From an uncultured Actinomycetota bacterium (lineage in GTDB: Bacteria > Actinomycetota > Actinomycetes > Propionibacteriales > Nocardioidaceae): a stretch of 64,000 bases of DNA. The stretch is from assembly GCA_963824115.1 (NCBI GenBank), contig CAWGOA010000010.1, positions 11,398 to 75,397 on the forward strand, given 5' to 3'. The position numbers were made by a program, and so were the translations under genes. Below the pieces are notes generated by a model. It was given only the letters and a program-made list of their open reading frames with translations. It searched no databases and had not been told where the DNA came from. Numbering within the stretch: the stretch's first letter is position 1; every line of letters starts with the position of its first letter. Positions 1 to 9,694 of the stretch are shown one piece after another.

Positions 1-1564
1 CTGTCGAGATGCCCGGCATGACCAGCACGAACTCGTCGCCCCCGACCCTTGCGACGGTGTCGGCGTCGCGGGTGGCGCGCACCAACCGGGTCGCGACGGT
101 GCACAGCACCGCATCGCCTGCGTCGTGGCCGTACGTGTCGTTGATGGCCTTGAACCGGTTGAGGTCCAAGGCAAGCACCGCGAGCCCACGGTTGTCCCTG
201 CGCCCGGTGCGTACGGCATGGTCGAGGCGGTCGTGCAGCAGCAGCCGGTTGGCGAGGCCGGTCAGCGGGTCGTGCAGCGAGCGGGCCACGGCGGCGTCCT
301 CGATCCGCCTGCGCTCAACAGCCGCAGCGAGCACGCTGACCACTCCGACCATGAAGTCGACCTCGTCGAGGTTGAACGAGCGATCCCGCATCGAGTGCGC
401 CTGCACGATGACGTGCGGCGCCGGCGCCCGGCCGGGGACGCTGACCGAGTAGAGGGCGCCGACCTCGGGTACCCGGGGCAGGGTTATCTGGTGCGTATGC
501 ACGGGGCGGCCGGCGAGGCGGGCCAGCTCGGCCACGTGCTGCAGCGCGCCGGAGACCTCGCTCGAGCTGTCGAGAGCCGGCTGCCAGCCGACGTTCGCCC
601 GCAGGACCAGCGAGTCGTCGGTGTCCGCGACGAACAGGTCGGCGAAGTCGACGCCGAGCACCCGTACGACCGCCTGGAGCGCCTCGTTGAGCAGCACCTC
701 CAAAGTCGCCGCTTCCAAGGCCAGCTGCGCGAGCCGGGCGACTGTCGCGAGCCGGGTCTCGGCCCGGCGTAGCTCGGTGATGTTCTGCAGCAGTAAGACG
801 AGCTCACCGCCGTCAGGGCTGCCCTGGCGGGGCGAGGGAATCACCGTCGTCTGGAGCGACAGCGCCGCCTCGCCGCGGAACGGCCGCCACTGGAGCTCGG
901 CGAACTGTCGCTGCCGGGTCCGGGCGGCCGTGCCCAGCGGCCCCCATTCAGGGGTCAGCGGGTTCCCGCGAATGTCGCGAACGTCGAACAGGGGGAGCAG
1001 GTCGGCGAAATGGGTGCCTTCCTCGAGGGGATGGGCGAGGAACTTGCGGGCCGTCGCGGAGGCCCGTCTGACGACGAGATGGTCGTCCAGGAGGACAGCG
1101 CCGAAGGGCAGGTCGTCGAACGACTCACCGCCGGCGACGAGCTCCGTCAGCTGGACCCGCTCCTCGATGGACTGCGCGGAGGCCCGTCGGCCGGTGATGT
1201 CCACGAGGGTTCCGCAGTTGCCCACCAAGTTGCCGGCGTCGTCGTGGAGGAGCGTCGCCCGCAGCTCGAGCCAGCGGTACGCGCCAGACCTGGTCCGGTA
1301 GCGGGTCTCGTGATGGCATTCGCCGGCCGCGCCTTCGACGACCGCCATGAACAGCGACACCGTGTGGTCACGCTCGTCAGGATGGACGTAGTCCAGGAAG
1401 TTCGTCCCGAGCGTCTCCTCGAGGGAGTACCCCGTGATTTCGGTCCAGGCCCGGTTGACGTAGGTCCAGTTGCCCTCGGCGTCGGTCGTGAAGACCACGG
1501 CACCGAGGTGCTCCAAGAGGTCGCGTTCGGCCGCTTCCAAGCTCGCGGCGGGCCGGTCGGTCAT
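1..1564 (-). CDS. PAS-GAF-GGDEF diguanylate cyclase, partial (C-terminus lies beyond window start)
   Basis: Own minus-strand translation from ATG 1564: MTDRPAASLEAAERDLLEHLGAVVFTTDAEGNWTYVNRAWTEITGYSLEE (PAS), then SLHDPLTGLANRLLLHDRL, LDLNRFKAINDTYGHDAGD and ARVGGDEFVLV (GGDEF signature). The frame stays open to base 1, so it is absent from the ORF track. Confidence 0.8.
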   Translation of the reverse strand, partial: MTDRPAASLEAAERDLLEHLGAVVFTTDAEGNWTYVNRAWTEITGYSLEETLGTNFLDYVHPDERDHTVSLFMAVVEGAAGECHHETRYRTRSGAYRWLELRATLLHDDAGNLVGNCGTLVDITGRRASAQSIEERVQLTELVAGGESFDDLPFGAVLLDDHLVVRRASATARKFLAHPLEEGTHFADLLPLFDVRDIRGNPLTPEWGPLGTAARTRQRQFAELQWRPFRGEAALSLQTTVIPSPRQGSPDGGELVLLLQNITELRRAETRLATVARLAQLALEAATLEVLLNEALQAVVRVLGVDFADLFVADTDDSLVLRANVGWQPALDSSSEVSGALQHVAELARLAGRPVHTHQITLPRVPEVGALYSVSVPGRAPAPHVIVQAHSMRDRSFNLDEVDFMVGVVSVLAAAVERRRIEDAAVARSLHDPLTGLANRLLLHDRLDHAVRTGRRDNRGLAVLALDLNRFKAINDTYGHDAGDAVLCTVATRLVRATRDADTVARVGGDEFVLVMPGIST

Positions 1565-1681
1565 CGCCCTACCGGTCCTGTCAAGAAAGCGAGGCGGACT
1601 ACTTCCGCGCGAGCGGGCACGCGACTACCTTAGCCCGTAAGTGATGCAGTCAGTGCAGCCTGTTACCGAGGTCGCCGGGAT

Positions 1682-2626
1682 TTGGGGGGAGTCACCATGC
1701 ACCAGCTCAGGCGTCGGATGTGGGTAGCCGCCTTGGCGATGACGCTTCTGGTGGCCTTCTGGGGGACGGGTTCCGGCGGCCCGGCCGTGGCCGCGGACCC
1801 GATCTTCATCGGCTGGTCGTCTCTGCTTCCCGCGTGGGTCTACACCTTCACGCCCAACAGCCAGAACGCGTGCGTTGCGGGCCGGCCGTCCTGCGTCCAG
1901 CAGACCCTCCGCACGATGAACAGCCGCTTCGCACCTCTGGCCTCGTCGTGCAACCACAACGCGGTCTTCTCCCTGGCCTATCTGCGCACGACCGAGGAGT
2001 ACGCACGCACCGCCGCCCAGCCGCACGCCTTCGACGACGTCGCCTGGGTGAACCACGAGGACGCCGTCTTCGCCCAGTTCTACTTCCAGGCCTATGACTC
2101 GTACGCCAACGGCCACCTGGCCCAGGTACCGCAGGCCTGGCAGATCGCCTTCGACGCCGCCAAGAACCACACGGTCACCGGGGTGGGCGACCTGCTGCTG
2201 GGGATGAACGCCGACGTCAACCGCGACCTGCCCTTCGTGCTCGCCGGCATCGGGCTCACCGAACCCGACGGAACCAGCCACAAGCCCGACCACGACGCGA
2301 TCAACGCAATGCTCAACCGGGTCGTCGGACCGCTCCTCACAGAAGAGGCCCAGCGGTTCGACCCCACGATCGACGACGCCGACACGCCATACGAGATCAG
2401 CTACACGGCCCTCATGCAGCTCCTCGTCGCATGGCGCGAGACCGCCTGGCGCAACGCCGAACTGCTGGTCAGCGCACCGAATGCCAACGCGCGGGCCTTG
2501 GTGGCGCAGCAGATCGAGTCCTACGCCGCGACCACGGCACGCTCTCTCGTGTTGAGCAACTCCTACCTGCCGGTGGGGCCGACCAGCGCTGCGCGTGACG
2601 CGTACTGCGCCAGCCACCACCACTAG
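1682..2626 (+). CDS. secreted hypothetical protein (possibly DUF5995-like; family name from memory, unverified)
   Basis: 314-aa ORF. The likely true start is ATG 1697 (MHQLRRRMWVAALAMTLLVAFWGTGSGGPAVAA looks like a signal peptide). GC3-rich codon usage matches neighbours. No catalytic motif recognised. Confidence 0.6.
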   Translation: MGGVTMHQLRRRMWVAALAMTLLVAFWGTGSGGPAVAADPIFIGWSSLLPAWVYTFTPNSQNACVAGRPSCVQQTLRTMNSRFAPLASSCNHNAVFSLAYLRTTEEYARTAAQPHAFDDVAWVNHEDAVFAQFYFQAYDSYANGHLAQVPQAWQIAFDAAKNHTVTGVGDLLLGMNADVNRDLPFVLAGIGLTEPDGTSHKPDHDAINAMLNRVVGPLLTEEAQRFDPTIDDADTPYEISYTALMQLLVAWRETAWRNAELLVSAPNANARALVAQQIESYAATTARSLVLSNSYLPVGPTSAARDAYCASHHH

Positions 2627-2703
2627 CCGCGGTCGTTCCGGCAGAACGAGCGCACCTGCCTGCGTAGTGTTAACGTTACTCAGCGTTATAGCAGGAGGCG
2701 AGG

Positions 2704-4593
2704 ATGAGCTCGAGTAGCGAAGCGGCTGTGGACAGGAACAAGCTGCTGGCAGACGTGCTGGCCGAGTTCGCTCACAACCTCAGCGACGGCTTCCAGATCC
2801 AGAAGATCCTGGACCATCTGGTCCGTCGGATCCGCGACGTGCTGCCGATCACCGGCGCGGGCGTGATGCTGATGGGCCCGGGCGACGAGCTGCACTTCGT
2901 CGCCGCGTCGGACGCCGAGATCCTGACGATCCAGACCCTGCAGAACGAGCTGGGCGAGGGCCCCTGCCTGGAGGCGTACCAATCGGGTGACCCGGTCTCG
3001 GTCCCGGACCTGAGCCAAGACGCACGGTTCCCGCAGTTCTCGTCACGAGCCTGCGAGGCAGGTCTGGCTGCGGTGTTCACCTTTCCGATGAGCCTCGACG
3101 GCAACCGACTCGGCGCCCTCGACCTGTACCGCGACCGGACCGGTCAGCTGGACCCGCCCGCGATGAAAGCCGCACAGGTTCTGGCCGACGTCGCGGCGGC
3201 GTACATCCGCAACGCCCGCGACCGGGCGGACTCGGCGCAGACCCTCGGCGTGCTTCGGCAGCGCAGCTTGCACGATCCCCTGACCGGGCTGCCGAACAGG
3301 ACCCTCCTCAGGGAGCGTCTTGAGCAGGCGGTGGCCCGGGCGAGCCGCTCGCATGAGGTCGTGGCGGTACTCTTCGTCGACCTCGACCGGTTCAAACGCG
3401 TCAACGACCGGTTCGGGCACCACGCAGGGGACAGGCTCCTCGTCGCGGTAGCCGAGCGACTGCGACGGGTGCTGCGCGCCGGTGACACGCTGGCCCGGCT
3501 GTCCGGCGACGAGTTCGTGATCATCTGCGAGGGCCTCGACCGGTCGGAGCTGGCGGAGCACGTCGCCGCTCGGGTCGCCGAAGCCTTGGCGCCGACGTTC
3601 GCCTTGAATGGGGAGACCGTCCAGATCACGGCCAGTGTCGGCGTGGCGTTCTGCGGACCGGCGGAGGAGATGCCCGAGACGTTGCTCCGCGACGCGGATT
3701 TCGCGATGTACGAGGCCAAACAGGCCGGCGGGGGTCGTCACCAGGTCAGTGACCCGGCGGCGCGGCTCGCCGCGGACCGTCGCAAGCGGTTGTCGCAGGA
3801 GCTGCGGGGAGCGCTGGCTCGCGATGAGTTTGCGCTTGCCTACCAGCCCCTGATAGACGTGTCCGACGGCACGGTCAACGCCGTCGAGGCGCTGCTGCGC
3901 TGGCGGCATCCGAACCGCGGCTGGGTGATGCCGAGCGAGATACTCCCGATCGCCGAACCCACCGGCTTGATCCTGGAGATCGGTGAGTGGGTGCTGGCCC
4001 AGGCCTGCAGGGACCTCCGACACTGGCAATCCCAGTACGGCGCGGCCATTCCCCGCGTCTGCGTGAACGTATCGGCCTACCAGGTGATGGCACCCGACTT
4101 CGACGGGATGGTCGAGCGCGTCCTGAACGCCACGGGCACAGACCCTGCAGCTGTGCATCTCGAAGTGACCGAGTCTGCGTTCATCGAGGACGGGCCGCGG
4201 GCGCTGTCGGTGTTGGAGGAGACCAAGAAGCTCGGGGTCGGCCTGATCCTCGACGACTTCGGTACGGGGTACTCCTCGCTCAACTACCTGCGCCAGTACC
4301 CGTTCGACATGCTGAAGATCGACCGGGCGTTCATCGGGGACATCGACACCAATGAGACGACCCGCACGATCGTCGCCTCGATCATCGACCTCGCGCACGG
4401 CCTGGACCTTGCCGTCGTGGCCGAAGGCGTCGAGACCGCTGAGCAGCTCAGGGAGCTCAGCGCACTCGGCACCGACCGCGCGCAGGGCTACTACCTGTGC
4501 CGCCCGCTGCTCGTCGAGCAGCTCGACGAGGCGATCCTGGCAACCGCGTCCGGCCCGACGATCACCCTGCCACTGCCGCGCCGCCCCTGGTAG
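2704..4593 (+). CDS. GAF-GGDEF-EAL c-di-GMP signalling protein
   Basis: AGGAGG lies just upstream of the ATG. Motifs: HDPLTGLPNRTLL, FVDLDRFKRVNDRFGHHAGD, LSGDEFVI (GGDEF-type site), EALLRW, DDFGTGYSSLNYL, KIDRAFI, EGVET (EAL domain). Confidence 0.9.
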   Translation: MSSSSEAAVDRNKLLADVLAEFAHNLSDGFQIQKILDHLVRRIRDVLPITGAGVMLMGPGDELHFVAASDAEILTIQTLQNELGEGPCLEAYQSGDPVSVPDLSQDARFPQFSSRACEAGLAAVFTFPMSLDGNRLGALDLYRDRTGQLDPPAMKAAQVLADVAAAYIRNARDRADSAQTLGVLRQRSLHDPLTGLPNRTLLRERLEQAVARASRSHEVVAVLFVDLDRFKRVNDRFGHHAGDRLLVAVAERLRRVLRAGDTLARLSGDEFVIICEGLDRSELAEHVAARVAEALAPTFALNGETVQITASVGVAFCGPAEEMPETLLRDADFAMYEAKQAGGGRHQVSDPAARLAADRRKRLSQELRGALARDEFALAYQPLIDVSDGTVNAVEALLRWRHPNRGWVMPSEILPIAEPTGLILEIGEWVLAQACRDLRHWQSQYGAAIPRVCVNVSAYQVMAPDFDGMVERVLNATGTDPAAVHLEVTESAFIEDGPRALSVLEETKKLGVGLILDDFGTGYSSLNYLRQYPFDMLKIDRAFIGDIDTNETTRTIVASIIDLAHGLDLAVVAEGVETAEQLRELSALGTDRAQGYYLCRPLLVEQLDEAILATASGPTITLPLPRRPW

Positions 4594-4687
4594 AGGCGCA
4601 CGAGGCGGTGTGCAGGAGACACCCCTGATCGGTCGGGGTTGACCCGGGCTTGGCGAGCGGCCGCCGCCGAGACGTCAACCGGCGCCC

Positions 4688-4731
4688 GACACGCCGACAA
4701 AAGCGGGCCGGTGGTGACGTTTCGGCGTGTC
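4688..4731. terminator. 10-bp perfect inverted repeat (GACACGCCGA / TCGGCGTGTC) at a convergent gene junction; possible bidirectional terminator
   Basis: Arms at 4688-4697 and 4722-4731 with a 24-nt loop. The right arm overlaps the stop codon of the 4730 gene. No T-tract. Shares sequence with the inverted repeat at 36859-36915. Confidence 0.3.
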
Positions 4732-5542
4732 AGCTGCCGGTGCTCTGGTAGCGCCGCATCCCCCGACTCCACACGACCAGAGCCAGCGCTGACAAGACCA
4801 CGGCCACGACCGGCGCCGCGAACCGCAGGACGTTCGGCAAGCCGCCGGGCACGTCGCGGCCCAGGACGTACAAGACGGGGTACCAGTTCACGAACGCGAT
4901 CGGGATGATGAAGGTGATCGCCTTGACGAACTCTCCGGGATAGATCGTGAGCGGGTACTGGGTGAGGTAGTTCCCGCCGTACGTGAACGCGTTGGAGACC
5001 TCGGCGCTGTCGTGGGCCCAGAACTGGAAAGCGCCTCCCAGCACGAACACCGCGGAGAAGATCACCACACCGCACACGGCGCTGACCGCGAGCATGGCGG
5101 CCTTCCCGGGGGTCCAGCCGATGTCCAGCGAGTGGAGCGACCAGACCATCACGACGACCGCCTGGCCGATCCGGCCAAGGCGGCGGAGGGAGAAGTTGTC
5201 GGTGGCGACCTGCACCAGAGCCGGGACCGGTCGGATCAGCATGACGTCGAACGACCCGTCGCGTACTCTGCGGCCCACGAGCTCGCAGTTCCCGGCCAGG
5301 AGGTCGGCGACTCCGATGCCGAGCGACGACACCCCGTACAGCAGCGCGATCTCCGCCAGGCTGAAGCCGCCGAGGGAGCTCACGTTGGAGAACATCACGA
5401 TGATCGCGGCGAAGTCGATGAACGTCGCGAAGAACTGGGAGAGGGTCAGCATCGCGAACGACGTGCGGTAGACCATCGTGGCGCGCACCGACATGCCGGC
5501 GAGGAGCAGATAGCTGCGGGCGACCGCCACGACGTCAGCCAC
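4730..5542 (-). CDS. ABC-2 family transporter permease (DUF990-type)
   Basis: Multi-pass membrane protein (TMVYRTSFAMLTLSQFFATFIDFAAIIVMF ... FIIPIAFVNWYPVLYVLG). Candidate GTG start at 5542 overlaps the upstream stop (GTGGCTGA). The ORF track extends to 5701, which would overlap the upstream gene. Confidence 0.72.
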   Translation of the reverse strand: MADVVAVARSYLLLAGMSVRATMVYRTSFAMLTLSQFFATFIDFAAIIVMFSNVSSLGGFSLAEIALLYGVSSLGIGVADLLAGNCELVGRRVRDGSFDVMLIRPVPALVQVATDNFSLRRLGRIGQAVVVMVWSLHSLDIGWTPGKAAMLAVSAVCGVVIFSAVFVLGGAFQFWAHDSAEVSNAFTYGGNYLTQYPLTIYPGEFVKAITFIIPIAFVNWYPVLYVLGRDVPGGLPNVLRFAAPVVAVVLSALALVVWSRGMRRYQSTGS

Positions 5543-6371
5543 CCTGTACCACCACGACCCTGTTGGCCCTGCGGAGCAGCGCGTACGAGGCAGCGAGCAG
5601 CACGACGCCCCACTCCAGCTCGAAGCCGAGCGCACGGAATGTGCCGAACAGGCCGCCGCTCGTGCCCAGCCACACGTCGGCGGGCGTCTGGACGAGGGCA
5701 CACCACGGCAGATGCAGGAGCAGCAGCCGCAGCCCGCTCGGGAACACGACCAGGGGCAGGACCAGCCCTGAGCAGAAGATCCCCAGGATGGCCGCGATCC
5801 CTTCGGTGCCTCGCGAGTCGACCAGCCAGAAAGCCGTCAGGCTCACCAGGAACCGCAGCCCGAAGCTCACCAAGACGGCCAGATAGGCCGCCGCCGCGAA
5901 CGCCAGCCACCTGAGCGGGTCCAGCGGGAAGCGGATGTGGAAGAGGACGGCCCCCGCGACGAGCATGGGCGCGGCGCGGCCGAGAAAGTGGAACGTCGCC
6001 CGCCCGAGGTCGCTCGCCAGCCACCACGGGACCAGCCCGGTAGGCCGGTAGAGGTCGATCGCGATGTCACCGGAGCGGATCCGGGCGGTGAAGTCCTCCT
6101 GGAAGCCGCCGCCCCACACCGCCACTGGCATGAGCATGGCCTGCCCGATCCACGTGTACGTGACGGCGTCGACGACGTCGTAGCCGCCGAGGTGCGGCCT
6201 CTGACCCCAGAGCGTCAAGAAGACGTACGACGAGATCACGCCGAAGATGACGTTGGTGAAGACACCGGCGAGGGTTGCGACCCGGTACGTCGCATAGCGT
6301 CGGTAGCTGCGGCGCGCGACGGCGTACCAGAGGCCCGCCGTCGCAGGGATGTCTTGAGGACCGCGGTTCAC
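5535..6371 (-). CDS. ABC-2 family transporter permease (DUF990-type), second subunit
   Basis: In-frame GTG at 6371 gives VNRGPQDIPATAGLWYAVARRSYRRYATYRVATLAGVFTNVIFG. The longer ORF-track N-terminus (to 6632) overlaps the PEBP gene and is Arg/Pro/Ser-rich noise. Confidence 0.72.
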   Translation of the reverse strand: MNRGPQDIPATAGLWYAVARRSYRRYATYRVATLAGVFTNVIFGVISSYVFLTLWGQRPHLGGYDVVDAVTYTWIGQAMLMPVAVWGGGFQEDFTARIRSGDIAIDLYRPTGLVPWWLASDLGRATFHFLGRAAPMLVAGAVLFHIRFPLDPLRWLAFAAAAYLAVLVSFGLRFLVSLTAFWLVDSRGTEGIAAILGIFCSGLVLPLVVFPSGLRLLLLHLPWCALVQTPADVWLGTSGGLFGTFRALGFELEWGVVLLAASYALLRRANRVVVVQGG

Positions 6372-6390
6372 GAGCGGACAGTCCGCGTGC

Positions 6391-6915
6391 TCAGTTCTGG
6401 TAGGTCCCGACCACGACGGCGCGGCCGAGCGCCTTGAAAGCGAGGTTGAACGACGCGACGGTCGGCGTGGCGCTGGACTCGACTCCGAGGGAGTCCTCGC
6501 CGACGGCGTGCACGACGAAGTAGTAGCGGTGCGGATGGTCGCCCTCAGGAGGCGCGGCCCCCGCGTACCCGGCCTGGCCCATGTCGTTGGCCAGGTGGAA
6601 GGCGCCGTCCGGCAGCGACTCGTCGCCGTCACCGGCTCCGCGGGGGAGCTCGGTGACGGTTGCTGGGATGTCGACGGCCATCCAGTGCCAGAAGCCTGAC
6701 GGTGTCGGCGCGTCGGGGTCGAAGCACGACACGACGAAGCTCTTCGTACCCTCGGGGTAGCCGCTCCAGGCGAGGTGGGGGGACGTGTTGTCGTCGGCGG
6801 CGTGAATGTCGTCGAGCGGCTGACCGTCGGTCACGTCGGTGCTGGTGACGGCGAAGCTCGGCAGCTTCGGGAGTTTGGCGTAGGGGTCTTCGGCGGTTGG
6901 TCGGTCAAGGCTCAT
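6391..6915 (-). CDS. YbhB/YbcL family Raf-kinase-inhibitor-like protein (PEBP)
   Basis: Motifs [40 protein letters not shown] and [14 protein letters not shown] are typical of bacterial PEBP proteins. Confidence 0.85.
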   Translation of the reverse strand: MSLDRPTAEDPYAKLPKLPSFAVTSTDVTDGQPLDDIHAADDNTSPHLAWSGYPEGTKSFVVSCFDPDAPTPSGFWHWMAVDIPATVTELPRGAGDGDESLPDGAFHLANDMGQAGYAGAAPPEGDHPHRYYFVVHAVGEDSLGVESSATPTVASFNLAFKALGRAVVVGTYQN

Positions 6916-6995
6916 GTGCCCATCTTTGCGCGGGCGCCGGATCCGTCAAATGAGACCGTCCCGGTCAGCGGCTCGGCCGAGCCTACGGTGACGTC

Positions 6996-8220
6996 GTGAC
7001 CTACGACTCCGTGACGCCGCTGTACCCGGCCGGACTCAGACTCGAGGGTCGCCGGGTCGTGGTCGTGGGTGGCGGGCGGGTCGCCCAGCGCCGGATCCCC
7101 TTCCTGCTGACCACCGGCGCCCGCGTAGAGGTCATCTCACCGGCAACGACACCCGCGGTCGAGGGCCATGCTCGGGCCGAAGACCTGGTGTGGCACGAGC
7201 GCGAGTACCGGCACGGCGACCTCGACGGCGCCTGGTACGTGGTCGTAGCGACGGACCGGCGCGACGTGAACGAGCTGGTCTCCGCCGAGGCCGAGGCAAG
7301 GCGGGTGTTCTGCGTGCGGAGCGACGACGCCGGGGCAGCGACCGCCTGGACACCGGCTACCGGCCGCCACGGCCCGCTGACGGTGGCGGTGCTCGGCAGC
7401 AGGGACCCGAGAAGGTCGGCTGCCGTGCGCGACGAGATCTTGTCGCGCCTGCGCAGCGGCGAGATCGCGGCACCGAAGGACCGGGTGAAGACCCCCGGCG
7501 TCGTGCTCGTCGGTGGCGGGCCGGGCGACCCCGAGCTGATCACCGTCGCGGGTCGACGGGCCCTACAGGAGGCCGACGTGGTGGTTGCCGACCGGCTCGC
7601 GCCGCAGGAGCTGCTCGCCGAGCTCTCCCCGGAGGTCGAGCTCGTCGACGCCACCAAGCTGCCCCGGGGCCGCTCGGCCACTCAGCCCGCGATCAACGCC
7701 CTGCTGATCGAGCGGGCGAGGGCGGGCAAGCAGGTCGTTCGCCTCAAGGGCGGCGACCCGTTCGTGTTCGGCCGGGGGTTCGAGGAGGCGGCCGCATGCG
7801 CGGCGGCAGGTGTCTCCTGCCGCATCATCCCTGGGGTGACCAGCGCCATCTCGGTCCCAGGCCTCGCGGGCTTCCCGGTGACGCATCGCGGCGTCGCCCA
7901 CGAGTTCACCGTCGTGTCCGGCCACGTGCCGCCTGGACCATCCCGGGTCACTCGTCAACTGGGCGTCCTTGGCGCAGCTTCGTGGCACCCTCGTCCTGCT
8001 CATGGCCGTCGAGAACATCCGGGCGATCACGGACGTGCTCCTGGCCAACGGCAAGCCGGCTGGAACCGCCGCGGCCGCCGTACAGGATGGCTCGCTGTCG
8101 ACGCAGCGCAGCATCGTGTCCACCCTCGACCGCCTCGCGGGCGACCTGGCCGAGGCGGGACTGCGGCCGCCGGCGACGATCGTGATCGGCGACGTCGTCG
8201 CCGCGGCGCAGGGAACCTGA
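6996..8220 (+). pseudogene. cysG: siroheme synthase / uroporphyrinogen-III C-methyltransferase (CysG/CobA type), frame broken near 7935-7945
   Basis: N-terminal Rossmann VVVVGGGRVAQRR. Methyltransferase motifs VVLVGGGPGDPELITVAGRRALQEADVVVADRL and RLKGGDPFVFGRGFEE. After TVVSGHVPPG the homologous sequence (HPGSLVNWASLAQLRGTLVLLMAVENI...IVIGDVV) continues in the +1 frame (ORF 7969-8220). Confidence 0.8.
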
Positions 8221-8260
8221 AGAGCAGAGCACCTGAGGAGCGCCGGGGTACGGTGCAGGC

Positions 8261-9073
8261 GTGGCGCGTCTGATCCCGGTGGAGGACGCGGGCGATCCCA
8301 GGCTCGCCGACTACCTCTCCCTGCGCGACGTGCAGCTGAGGAAGCTCCTCGAAGCCGACCAGGGGCTGTTCTTGGCCGAGGGCGAGAAGGTCGTCCGGCG
8401 CGCGGTGGCGGCGGGGTACCGGGTGCGCTCGTTCATGATGACGACGCGCTGGCTCACCGGGCTGGTCGACACGCTCGCGGCCGCTCCCGAGGCGCCGTGC
8501 TATGTCGTGACCGACGAGGTGGCGGAGGCCGCGACCGGTTTCCACGTCCATCGGGGTGCGCTCGCCTCACTGGAGCGACGGCCCCTGCTCCCGCTCGACG
8601 ACGTGCTCAGTGCGGCGCGCAGGATCGTCGTCCTCGAAGACATCGTGGACCATACGAACGTGGGCGCCGTCTTTCGCAGCGCTGCGGCACTGGGCATGGA
8701 CGCCGTCGTGCTGTCACCGCGATGTGCAGACCCGCTGTACCGGCGGTCCATCAAGGTCGCCATGGGTGCGGTCTTCGCCATCCCCTGGACCCGGGTGGAA
8801 CGGTGGTATGACGCTGTCGGGCTGCTGTCGACAGCCGGGTTCACCACTGTCGCGCTCACCCCGGACCCCGACGCCGTGCCGATCCGTGACTTCGCCGACC
8901 GATCCGGGGACGAGAGGCTCGCGGTCATCGTGGGGTCGGAGGGGCCGGGGCTCTCGCCGCGATGGCTCTCGACCGCAGATGTCAGAGTGAGGATCGAGAT
9001 GGCGCCGGGCGTGGACTCGCTCAACGTCGGCGCCGCTGCCGCCATCGCGTTCTTCGCCCTCGGGAGGCGCTGA
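8261..9073 (+). CDS. TrmH/SpoU family RNA 2'-O-methyltransferase
   Basis: Motifs VLEDIVDHTNVGAVFRSAAALGMDAVVL, LAVIVGSEGPGLS and IEMAPGVDSLNVGAAAAIA. Confidence 0.85.
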   Translation: MARLIPVEDAGDPRLADYLSLRDVQLRKLLEADQGLFLAEGEKVVRRAVAAGYRVRSFMMTTRWLTGLVDTLAAAPEAPCYVVTDEVAEAATGFHVHRGALASLERRPLLPLDDVLSAARRIVVLEDIVDHTNVGAVFRSAAALGMDAVVLSPRCADPLYRRSIKVAMGAVFAIPWTRVERWYDAVGLLSTAGFTTVALTPDPDAVPIRDFADRSGDERLAVIVGSEGPGLSPRWLSTADVRVRIEMAPGVDSLNVGAAAAIAFFALGRR

Positions 9074-9082
9074 CCGGCCGTG

Positions 9083-9658
9083 TCAGTCGGTCACCCGTGG
9101 CACCACCGGCCAGTCGGCCGGGAACTCGGCGGCCACCTCGGCCGCGTCCTTGAAGAGCCTCTTGCGGGCCCGCGTCGGCAGCCGGTCGCCGAAGACTGTC
9201 CCCTCTAGATGGTCGCTCTCGTGCTGGAGGCACCGCGCCAGCAGGCCATCGCCCTCGTAGCTCACCGGCTCACCTTGAGCGTCGAGGCCGTCGACTCGGG
9301 CGTGGTCCGGTCGTGGGCACCAGATGAAAGCCCCGGGGAGCGACAAGCAGCCCTCCTCGGCGTCCTCGAGCTGCCGGTCGCGTCCTTCGGGGAGGATGAG
9401 GCGGGGGTTGCAGACCACGCCGGCATGTCGCTGCCCGTCGTCATCGGGGCAGTCGAACACGAAGACCTTGAGCGGCACCCCGATCTGGTTGGCGGCGAGG
9501 CCCACGCCGTCGGCGGCGTACATGGTGGCGGCCAGGTCGGCAACGAGAGCGGCCAGCTCGGCGTCGAAGTCCGTGACCGGTCGGCAGGCGGCGTGCAGGA
9601 CGGGATCGCCCCAGCGGGTCATCGCGCGGGTCTTCCCGCCGCCCGGCAGCTCACTCAC
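9083..9658 (-). CDS. def: peptide deformylase
   Basis: Motifs GVGLAANQIGV, EGCLSLPG and QHESDHLEG. The start could alternatively be ATG 9622. Confidence 0.92.
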   Translation of the reverse strand: MSELPGGGKTRAMTRWGDPVLHAACRPVTDFDAELAALVADLAATMYAADGVGLAANQIGVPLKVFVFDCPDDDGQRHAGVVCNPRLILPEGRDRQLEDAEEGCLSLPGAFIWCPRPDHARVDGLDAQGEPVSYEGDGLLARCLQHESDHLEGTVFGDRLPTRARKRLFKDAAEVAAEFPADWPVVPRVTD

Positions 9659-9694
9659 CGAGATGACGTTATCTCAGCGCGGGATCCCCCGCGG

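Noticed and set aside
2627-2703. A promoter-like AT-rich patch (GTTAACGTTACTCAGCGTTATAGC) upstream of the GAF-GGDEF-EAL gene.
   Set aside because: The hexamer spacing does not fit a sigma-70-type -35/-10 pair, and there is no supporting evidence.
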